From contig CAWIMS010000005.1 in NCBI GenBank assembly GCA_963837285.1, positions 1,844,437-1,908,436 of the forward strand: DNA of 64,000 nucleotides, given 5' to 3'. Source of the DNA: an uncultured Actinomycetota bacterium. GTDB taxonomy: Bacteria > Actinomycetota > Actinomycetes > Mycobacteriales > Micromonosporaceae. Below, in pieces: positions 45,643 through 53,107 of this stretch; positions within the stretch are counted from its first letter, which is position 1; each line of letters opens with the position of its first letter. The position numbers and the translations under genes were made by a program. The notes below the pieces were generated by a model that was given only the letters and a program-made list of their open reading frames with translations, had not been told where the DNA came from and ran no database searches.

Positions 45643-47327
45643 TGGACGGCTTGAGCGCGGCCCGCCGGTACCTGCGCGACTGCGGCCACGCCGAAGTCAG
45701 CGGCGCCGTCGACGAGGCGACCGTGCCGCCGCCGTTCCCGACGCTGCGCGGGGCGCCGCGGATACCGTTGCCGTACCCGATCGGCCAGGGCATCGCCGTC
45801 GACGCGGCGGGCAGCCCGGTATCGTTGTCCCGCGCGGTCCTGGGCGACCTCGCCGGGTACCTTCTCGGGCTGACCCGCATCCACTGGCTGCCCGACGCCG
45901 AGCTGGAGACGCTGAGCCGCACGGGCCTGCTGTCCGCGGACGCGGACAGCTCGGTGGTGCCCGGGCGGCCGACCCCGTCCGGGGGCCGCCGCTACCCGTC
46001 CGAGCTCTACCTGGCCAGCCGGGTGCTGCCGGGCCTGCCCGCCGGGCTGTACCGCTACGCGCCGGCCCGGCACGCGCTGGAACGGTTGCGGGCCACCGAC
46101 ACCCGTGCCGACGTGCTCGGGTCGCTGTCCACGCCGCCGCACGGCACACCGGACGTGATCCTGTTCCTCACCAGCGTGTTCTGGCGCACCGCGGTCAGGT
46201 ACGGCGAGTACGCCTACCGCCTGCAGGCCCTCGACGCCGGTGCGCTGGCCGGGCATGCCCTCGCCCTCGGAGACGCCGCCGGACTGCACGCGACGATCCA
46301 CCTCGACTTCGCCGACGGGCCGGTCCACGGTCTCCTCCGGGTCGATGCGGCGCGGGAGAACTGCCAGGTGATCGTCACGATGACGGCCGAAGCGGGACCG
46401 GCGGACGGTCCGCCGCCAGCGGGCACCAGCCCGGAGCCTGCGCCTCCGATCGCGCTTCCCGGCCCGGCGCGGGACGTGCTGCCGCTGTCCGCCGCGCTGC
46501 ACGCCGCTTCCGCGCGCGATGCCTCTCTGCGCGATGCCTCTCTGCGCGATGCCTCTCTGCGCACCGCCTCCCCGCACGCCGCCTCCCCGCACGCCGCCTC
46601 CCCGCACGCCGCCTCCGTGCGCGACGCGCCTACGGGCGCCGGCAACGGCGTTGAGGCGTGTGCCGGGCAGAACGCGTCAGGCGGAGTCCGGCTCGCCGGC
46701 CGGCCGGTGCGCGCCGCCGCCGGGATACCGCACCGCTATTCGGCGACGCCGGGATTCCGCCCGGACCCGATCCGTGCCGACGACCTCGCCGCCATCCTCG
46801 CCACCGCGTGCGCCGGTTACGCCGGTGACCTCCCGGACACCACCGGGTACGCCACCCAGGTCCCGCTGTACGTCATCGCCAACCGCGTGACGGGCCTGAC
46901 CGCCGGTGCGTACCGGTACGACCCGGTGTCCGGGCGGCTCGCGGCGGTGCGGACCGGCGATCTGCTCCCCGTACTCGCGCCCGGCCTGACCGTGTCGTAC
47001 CCGGCCGTGTCCGAGGCCGGTGCCGTCGTCGTCGCGGTCGGCGACTACGAGCGCGGCTTCCCGCGGCGCGGGGACCGCTGGTACCGGATGCACACCATCG
47101 GGTGCGGCCTGGTCGCCGAACGCGTCTGCCTGGCGGCGGCGGCCCTGCGGCTCGGATCGCACCTGCGGTGCGACTTCGATCCGGCGGTCGTCGGTCACGT
47201 GCTCGGACTCGACCCGCGGGCGCAGACACCGGTCGCGATGGTCCTTGCCGGGCCGCCACGGCTGCCGCTGCCGCTGCACGTCCCGTTGACGCTGGGTGCC
47301 GTATCCACAAGGGAGGCAGGACGATGA
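45642..47327 (+). CDS. SagB-type FMN dehydrogenase (two nitroreductase-like halves), copy 2, with repeat linker
   Basis: GTG 45642 shares one nt with the upstream TAG (TAGTG). GGRRYPSELYLASRVLPGLPAGLYRYAPARHAL and VRYGEYAYRLQALDAGALAGHALALGDAAGL. The second half contains GAYRYDPVSGRL. Confidence 0.8.
   Translation: MDGLSAARRYLRDCGHAEVSGAVDEATVPPPFPTLRGAPRIPLPYPIGQGIAVDAAGSPVSLSRAVLGDLAGYLLGLTRIHWLPDAELETLSRTGLLSADADSSVVPGRPTPSGGRRYPSELYLASRVLPGLPAGLYRYAPARHALERLRATDTRADVLGSLSTPPHGTPDVILFLTSVFWRTAVRYGEYAYRLQALDAGALAGHALALGDAAGLHATIHLDFADGPVHGLLRVDAARENCQVIVTMTAEAGPADGPPPAGTSPEPAPPIALPGPARDVLPLSAALHAASARDASLRDASLRDASLRTASPHAASPHAASPHAASVRDAPTGAGNGVEACAGQNASGGVRLAGRPVRAAAGIPHRYSATPGFRPDPIRADDLAAILATACAGYAGDLPDTTGYATQVPLYVIANRVTGLTAGAYRYDPVSGRLAAVRTGDLLPVLAPGLTVSYPAVSEAGAVVVAVGDYERGFPRRGDRWYRMHTIGCGLVAERVCLAAAALRLGSHLRCDFDPAVVGHVLGLDPRAQTPVAMVLAGPPRLPLPLHVPLTLGAVSTREAGR
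46515..46619 (+). repeat. Seven in-frame 15-nt tandem units (RDASL x3, RTASP, HAASP x2, HAASV)
   Basis: CGCGATGCCTCTCTG x3, then CGCACCGCCTCCCCG, CACGCCGCCTCCCCG x2 and CACGCCGCCTCCGTG. The array sits between the two halves of dehydrogenase copy 2. Confidence 0.9.
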
Positions 47328-49333
47328 GCGACGCGGCAACCGGGCTCGCCGGGATGCGACCGCACCTGCGCGACGGCGTTCACTGGGTACCGACCGGATC
47401 CGGTGGCGTCCACGCCGTCACCAGCCGCGGACGGTTCACCCTGCCCGGTGGCGACGGCCATCGGTGGGTCACCCGGCTGACGCCCTTCCTCGACGGTACC
47501 CACACCGTCGCCCAACTGACCGCGAGCGTTCCGCCGGAACGCCGGGCGAAGGTCGAGGAGGTCCTGCGCTGGCTGCACCGCCACGGCCTCGTGCGGGACC
47601 TGTCGCGGGAACGCCCGCACACCCTGACCGACGCCGACCAGCGCAGGTACGCCGGCACGCTGCGCTACCTGGCCGAGCACACCGAGGCGGCCGGCCACCG
47701 GTTCCAGCGGTACCGGAACAGCCCGGTACTCGTCGTCGGCGCCGGTGCCGCGCTGGTCACCCTGCTGCGGGCCACCCTCCGCGCCGGTAGCCGGCAGGTG
47801 ACCGTGGTCGACACCGGTGCCGCCGACCGGGACCGGCTCGTCGACGTCGTGTCCGCCGCGGTACGCGTGGACCCGGACCAGATGTGCACGCTGCTCGACG
47901 GCGAGGCCACGCCCGAGCTGGTCGGCGCCGTCGACCTGGTCATGCACGTGGCCGGCCCCGATACGCTGCCGCGCGCCGAGAAGCTGGACGCGCTCTGCGC
48001 CGACCGGGGCGCGGCGCTCTGCCAGGCGGTGATCGCGGACGGCGAGGCGTGGCTCGGCCCGGTCAGCGATCCGGACGATCCGGCTACACAGTGGACGGCG
48101 GCCTGGCGGCGGCTCGGCACCTGGCCTGCCGCCGCACCGTCCCTGGTGGACGATGGAGTCCTTGACCTGCTGGCCGCCCAGCTCGTTCTGCGATGCCTGC
48201 GCCGCCTCACCGGCATCGATGACGCCGCCGGACACACCGTGGTCCGGCTCGACACCGGCACGCTGGGCACCTCGATACACCCGTTCACGCCGCATCCGCT
48301 GGCGGTGCCGGCGACCGCGCAGACTGCCGGCGACTTCTCGCGGCGGATCGCCGAACTTCGCGCCGCGCCTGAGGCGGGCGATGCCGACTTCTCCCGAGCG
48401 GCTTCGTCCCTTGTGGACGAACATACCGGGGTCCTGACGTATCTCGGCGAACGGTCCTTCCAGCAGCTCCCGTTGTGGGTGACGGAGGCAACCGTCACCG
48501 ACCCGCGCGGAGTCGCGGCGACGGTCCACGGCGCCGCCACCGGCTTCACCACCGCCCGGCACCGGGCCGCCCGCCGGGCGCTGGAACTGTACGCCTCGGC
48601 CATGTTCGACCGGCGACGGCTCCTCGCCGCGGACGGCACGGTACCCGATGTGCCGCCCCCGCCCGGTGACGGCTGGCTCCGCGGATGGCGCCTCGACGAC
48701 CGCGGCGAACGGCTCGTTCCGGCGTCCGCCGTCTTCACCACCGCGCCCGGCGGGCCGCACCTGCCGGCCGGCGTGGCATCCGGACCGACCTGGGCGGCCG
48801 CGGTCGAAACCGGCCTCCTGCGCTTGTGCCGGGAACTCACCGTGGCCGACGCGCTCACCGCCGCCGGCCCCTTCCCGGCTGTCGAACTGGACCGGGCCGG
48901 GCTGGACGGGACCGCGCTCGATGAGGCCGGGCAGCGCATGCTCGGCATCCTGCGGCTGTTCCGGGCACCGGTCACGGCGTACGACATCACGGGTGCGCTC
49001 GGCGTGCCCACGTACGCCGTGTACCTGGACGGCCGGCCGGTCGCCTATGCTGCCGGGTGGTCGCCGGCCGACGCGTTACGCGACGGCCTGGAGCAGGCGG
49101 TTCTCGCCTGCCAGTCCGACCTGGCCGGCGAGCCCGACTACCGTCCACCGCCCGTACCCGGTCTGCTCAACCGCGCCCGAGAGGGCCGCCCGTCTCCACC
49201 ACCGGCCGGGTACGCGCGGGTCGTCGACGTCCTGGCGGCGCGGGTCGGCCCGCCGGTCGCCGTCCCGCTCGACCACGATCCCGCGCTGGCCACCGCACTC
49301 CCGTTCGCCGTCCGGGTCGTCGCCGGCCCGTGA
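47324..49333 (+). CDS. Ocin-ThiF-like protein, long form (E1-like N-terminal half, YcaO-like but motif-degenerate C-terminal half)
   Basis: ATG 47324 forms an ATGA overlap. 669 aa. Rossmann-like VLVVGAGAALVTLL. The C-terminal half follows the YcaO pattern (GAATGFTTARHRAARRALELYAS, GPTWAAAVETGLLRLCRE, ITGALGVPTYAVYL) but lacks the E..ER / ERD acidic motifs. Confidence 0.65.
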   Translation: MSDAATGLAGMRPHLRDGVHWVPTGSGGVHAVTSRGRFTLPGGDGHRWVTRLTPFLDGTHTVAQLTASVPPERRAKVEEVLRWLHRHGLVRDLSRERPHTLTDADQRRYAGTLRYLAEHTEAAGHRFQRYRNSPVLVVGAGAALVTLLRATLRAGSRQVTVVDTGAADRDRLVDVVSAAVRVDPDQMCTLLDGEATPELVGAVDLVMHVAGPDTLPRAEKLDALCADRGAALCQAVIADGEAWLGPVSDPDDPATQWTAAWRRLGTWPAAAPSLVDDGVLDLLAAQLVLRCLRRLTGIDDAAGHTVVRLDTGTLGTSIHPFTPHPLAVPATAQTAGDFSRRIAELRAAPEAGDADFSRAASSLVDEHTGVLTYLGERSFQQLPLWVTEATVTDPRGVAATVHGAATGFTTARHRAARRALELYASAMFDRRRLLAADGTVPDVPPPPGDGWLRGWRLDDRGERLVPASAVFTTAPGGPHLPAGVASGPTWAAAVETGLLRLCRELTVADALTAAGPFPAVELDRAGLDGTALDEAGQRMLGILRLFRAPVTAYDITGALGVPTYAVYLDGRPVAYAAGWSPADALRDGLEQAVLACQSDLAGEPDYRPPPVPGLLNRAREGRPSPPPAGYARVVDVLAARVGPPVAVPLDHDPALATALPFAVRVVAGP

Positions 49334-49353
49334 CCACACCGGAGGACCGACCC

Positions 49354-50454
49354 ATGCAGACACCGACCTGGCGAGCAGTCCACGTGTACTACTACGACGA
49401 GAACAAGGACGACCTGATCCTCGACGCGGTCCGGCCGGTGCTGCGCCGCGTCGCCGAGGACGTGCGGTGCGCGTACTTCGTGCGACACTGGCGGCGCGGG
49501 CCGCACGTGCGGATTCCGGTGCTCGCGACGCCCTCGGCCTTCACGTCGGTGGTCGAGCCCGCCGTCGCCGACATCGTCCGCGGCTACCTCGCGCGGCGAC
49601 CGTCCACGACCGCCCTGCCACCGGAGGCGGTCCTGCTGCCGATGCACGAACGCCTCGCGGAACTGGAGATGGAGACCGGACCGCTGCGCCCGCTCGTGCC
49701 CGACAACAGCGTTCTGTTCACGGAGCACGACCGGCGCCTCGACATGCTCGACGGCGAGGTGGGTTCGGACCTGCTCGCCGAGTTCTACGCCACGACCAAC
49801 GACCTCGCGTTCGCCATGCTGGAGGAGATCCGGTCCGGCCGTACCCGAGAGTTCGTGGGCCTGTCGCTCATGCTCGCGGTCGCCCACGCGTTCGGTGGCG
49901 AACCGGCCATCGAGCGCGGGTTCGTCTCGTTCCGGTCGCATGCCGAGGCGTTCCTGTACGGATCCTCCGACCAGGTGGGGATCCGCGCCCGCTTCGACCG
50001 GGAGTACCTGGCCAACGCCCGGGCGCTGACCGGGCTGGTACGCGCCGTAATGGACACCGTGGACGGCCGGTCCACCGCCGTGCCGTTCGTCACCGAGTGG
50101 GTGGCCGCGTTACGTCCACTCTGGACGGTGTCCGAGTCGCTCGTCGCCTCCGGCCGCCTGCGGCTCACCGCCGGGGTACCGGAAGGCGACAGCGACGCCG
50201 CGGCGGGAAAGCTCGCCGACAGCCCGATACACCGGCTCATGCTCGGCAGTGACACGTTCCGGCGACTCGTCTTCGACGATCCGCAGTTCACGCGGTACCG
50301 CCTGGTGCTCAACTACACGTATCTGCACCTGGCCCGGCTCGGGATCATGGGGTACGGCCGGTACCGCCTGTGCCACCTGGCCGCGAACGCGGTCGAAAAG
50401 GCGCTTGGCGTCGATGCCATACGGATCGTCGAGGAAGCGGCAGGCCGGCGGTAG
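49354..50454 (+). CDS. LanB C-terminal-like protein, second copy (elimination enzyme or [4+2] pyridine synthase)
   Basis: ATG 49354 follows GGAGGA. WRAVHVYYYDENKDDLILDAVRPVLRRVAEDVRCAYFVRHWRRGPHVRIPV. Confidence 0.8.
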   Translation: MQTPTWRAVHVYYYDENKDDLILDAVRPVLRRVAEDVRCAYFVRHWRRGPHVRIPVLATPSAFTSVVEPAVADIVRGYLARRPSTTALPPEAVLLPMHERLAELEMETGPLRPLVPDNSVLFTEHDRRLDMLDGEVGSDLLAEFYATTNDLAFAMLEEIRSGRTREFVGLSLMLAVAHAFGGEPAIERGFVSFRSHAEAFLYGSSDQVGIRARFDREYLANARALTGLVRAVMDTVDGRSTAVPFVTEWVAALRPLWTVSESLVASGRLRLTAGVPEGDSDAAAGKLADSPIHRLMLGSDTFRRLVFDDPQFTRYRLVLNYTYLHLARLGIMGYGRYRLCHLAANAVEKALGVDAIRIVEEAAGRR

Positions 50455-50570
50455 GCCGGTCCTTTCTCGCCATGAGTGGTTGTTCGGTGCCTCGAGTGGC
50501 GTACGCCGTACGAGACCGGATCGTCACAGCGGCCGCCGACTCGGACGTGGCCAGGAAGGGCGACCCGCAG

Positions 50571-51182
50571 ATGGACAACAGCTGCGCCAACCGCATCGCC
50601 CTGACCTTCGACGACGGAACCTCGTCCTATCGGCCCAAGCTGCTGCAGGTGCTGCGGGACAAGCAGGTGCACGCCACGTTCTTCGACAACGGGGTACGGG
50701 TGCAGGCCAACCCGCAGATCGCCCGGTTCCAGGTGGCCGAGGGTCACGTCGAGCTCAACCACACTGTCCTACATGTACACATGGACGAGATGACCCTGGC
50801 GGCCAACCGGGACGAGGTGCTGCGTAACGCGGCAACCCTGGCCGCCGCCGGTGCGCCGTTGACGTTCCACGGCATCCGCCCGCCGTTCGGTGGTTCCGAC
50901 CCCGACGTGCAGCGGCTGCTGATCGAGATGGGGTACACGTACTTCCTGAACCGCATCGACGCCGAGGACTGGCGGCCGGACAAGAGCGCCGCCGCGATTC
51001 GCGACGACATCATCGCGCAGCTCACTCCTGGCGTGATCATCGGACTGCACGACGGCCCGATCGACACCCCGGCCGGCGCGGCCACCGTCGAGGCCGTCGG
51101 CCAGATCATCGACCGGGCCCGCGAACTCGGGTACTGCTTCGGCGTCGTCGACCGCAGCGGACACGTCGTGGCGGACCGGTAG
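50571..51182 (+). CDS. NodB-homology polysaccharide-deacetylase-family hydrolase
   Basis: RIALTFDDG, FFDNG, ELNHTVLHVH. ATG 50571 follows AGGAAGGG. The alternative ATG 50472 would add ~33 codons that are poor in G/C-ending codons. Confidence 0.7.
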   Translation: MDNSCANRIALTFDDGTSSYRPKLLQVLRDKQVHATFFDNGVRVQANPQIARFQVAEGHVELNHTVLHVHMDEMTLAANRDEVLRNAATLAAAGAPLTFHGIRPPFGGSDPDVQRLLIEMGYTYFLNRIDAEDWRPDKSAAAIRDDIIAQLTPGVIIGLHDGPIDTPAGAATVEAVGQIIDRARELGYCFGVVDRSGHVVADR

Positions 51183-51209
51183 GTCTCGTCCGGGCGACCG
51201 ATCCCGCAG

Positions 51210-51665
51210 GTGACCAACCCCGTGCCGTACCACCTGCCACTCGCCTTCGGTACGGTCGACCGGATCCCCGAGCCGTGGGTACGCATTCCGTCACCGATCG
51301 GGATCAGCACCGCGCACCAGCCGGCCACCTTCGTCCGTGGACAGGCCGCCATGCTGACGCTGACCGTGACCAACCACTCCAGCCGGCCCACCGACGGGAG
51401 CCCGGTGCTGGTGACCGACGAGATCCCGGCCGGCCTGACCGTGACGTCAGCCGCCGGACCCGGCTGGTCCTGCGACCTGGACGGCCCGCTGACCTGTACC
51501 CGCACCGATGTACTGGCGCCGCACCGCTCGTACCCGCCGATCGTGGTCCGGGTCGACGTGGCTGCCGACGCACCGGCCGCGATCGTGCACCAGCCGACGC
51601 TGCTCGGTCACGGCGAATCATGGTCCGCCGAGACGACTGAGACCATCGCCGTACGGGCGTCGTGA
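51210..51665 (+). CDS. DUF11-like repeat-domain protein
   Basis: LTLTVTNHSSRPTDGSPVLVTDEIPAGLTVTSAAGPGWSC resembles the conserved-repeat (DUF11) domain. GTG start, no signal peptide seen. Confidence 0.4.
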   Translation: MTNPVPYHLPLAFGTVDRIPEPWVRIPSPIGISTAHQPATFVRGQAAMLTLTVTNHSSRPTDGSPVLVTDEIPAGLTVTSAAGPGWSCDLDGPLTCTRTDVLAPHRSYPPIVVRVDVAADAPAAIVHQPTLLGHGESWSAETTETIAVRAS

Positions 51666-52007
51666 ACCGGCATGTGTCCGGCCGACCACGGATGAAATCG
51701 GAGCGGGCGAGAACCGCGACGGGCATTCCGGCGTCTCGCCGATCCCCATCGCTGTCGACCGGGACGGCCACCTCGCGCGGAAGGACGCTGTCATACCCGC
51801 GATGCTGTACGCGGCAGGCGCCAACACACACGGCTGCGGTGACCCGCGTGGCGGCCGTGCGCCGCGCCGCCATGGCGTGCGCAGACCTCGACGGGCTGCT
51901 CACCCGGGGGGTACCCGATGAGGTGGCCCCGGGGTCGACAGCGGTACGGATCGTTGAGGACAATGCCATCTTCGCTCGCCTCAACAGGCGCTCGACAAGG
52001 AGAAGTC

Positions 52008-52784
52008 ATGGCAACCTTCAGCCGGTCCGACGATCTGCGGGGAGCCGAGTTCGCCGGCGCGGATCTGCGTGGCGCCCGGTTCGTCGGGGCTGACCTGTCC
52101 GGCGTCGTGATGCGCGCCGTCGATGTGCGTGAAGCAGACATCGACTCACCGTGGCTCTTCGATGGCGAGAGCTTCCTGCGCGTCAACGGCGTCGATGTGA
52201 TCCCGCTCGTCGAGGCCGAGCTCAACCGCCGCTTTCCCGGCCGCGCCGACCGGCGTGCCGGAGATCCGGATGGCCTGCGCGCGGCCTGGGCCAGGCTCGA
52301 GCGCACCTGGGCGGCCACGCTGGAGCGCGTCGCGGCGATGCCGGCTGGCACGGTCGACGTGTCGGTCGGCGGGGAGTGGTCGTTCGCGCAGACACTGCGG
52401 CACCTGGTCATGGCCACGGACACCTGGCTGGGCCGGGCGATTCTAGAGGCCGAACAGCCATACCACCCCATCGGTCAAGCGGACGCCGGCGCCGAGGCCG
52501 ATGGCCTGGACATGTCGATTTTCATGACGGTCACACCGTCGTACGCCGAGGTGCTCGAAGTCCGGGCGGGCCGCGTCGCGATGGTGCGCGACTTCCTCGC
52601 CACCGTCACACCCGACGATCTGGCCGCGCCGCGCACGAACCCGTGGGCCCCCGATTACCAGGAGACCACCCTGTCCTGCCTGCACGTGATCCTCGAGGAG
52701 GAGTGGGAGCACCACCGCTACGCCGTGCGCGACCTCGACGCGATCGATGCGGCTGAGCCTGGCCAGGGCCACACGCTGGGCTGA
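52008..52784 (+). CDS. Pentapeptide-repeat + DinB-like protein
   Basis: ATG 52008 follows AAGGAG. DLRGAEFAGADLRGARFVGADLSGVVM pentapeptide repeats. DinB-like WSFAQTLRHLVMATDTW ... EEEWEHHRYAVRDL. Confidence 0.7.
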   Translation: MATFSRSDDLRGAEFAGADLRGARFVGADLSGVVMRAVDVREADIDSPWLFDGESFLRVNGVDVIPLVEAELNRRFPGRADRRAGDPDGLRAAWARLERTWAATLERVAAMPAGTVDVSVGGEWSFAQTLRHLVMATDTWLGRAILEAEQPYHPIGQADAGAEADGLDMSIFMTVTPSYAEVLEVRAGRVAMVRDFLATVTPDDLAAPRTNPWAPDYQETTLSCLHVILEEEWEHHRYAVRDLDAIDAAEPGQGHTLG

Positions 52785-52879
52785 TGCGTTCTGAAAGCGA
52801 TTTGACATCGGCGACTGCTTGGTTGAATCCCTGGGCCGTACCCGGTCATCGGCATGGCATGCAGGGAGGACCAATCGGC

Positions 52880-53056
52880 ATGGTCGGTCTCATCGCCGTC
52901 GCCACGTTCGGTGTCGCCACGGCAGCCGATCCGGCGCAGGCCGCACCCACCACCCGAATCTCAGGTCCGGTGAGCGCGGCAATCCACCACAATCCTCCTG
53001 GGTGCACTGCCCCCGATGGGTGTACCCACGGGTACTTCTTCGACTACTGGTACTGA
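52880..53056 (+). CDS. Candidate small secreted peptide (58 aa)
   Basis: The internal ATG of ORF 52784..53056 is preceded by GGGAGGA with a 9-nt spacer. Hydrophobic N-terminus MVGLIAVATFGVATAADPAQA/AP, two Cys (CTAPDGC) and an aromatic C-terminus HGYFFDYWY. The n-region lacks a basic residue, so the call is weak. Confidence 0.3.
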   Translation: MVGLIAVATFGVATAADPAQAAPTTRISGPVSAAIHHNPPGCTAPDGCTHGYFFDYWY

Positions 53057-53107
53057 CAAGCCGGCGCATTCGGTCGCTGGCGTTGGCCGGGGGGGGTAGC
53101 GGGTGAC

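Noticed and set aside
46515-46619. Possible CRISPR-like or non-coding repeat array
   Set aside because: The units are 15 nt, contiguous without spacers, and in frame within a dehydrogenase CDS. This is a coding tandem repeat.
50472-50570. Longer start for the NodB hydrolase at ATG 50472
   Set aside because: The first ~13 codons are rich in A/T-ending codons, unlike coding regions here, and there is no RBS. ATG 50571 has AGGAAGGG upstream. It is kept as an alternative only.
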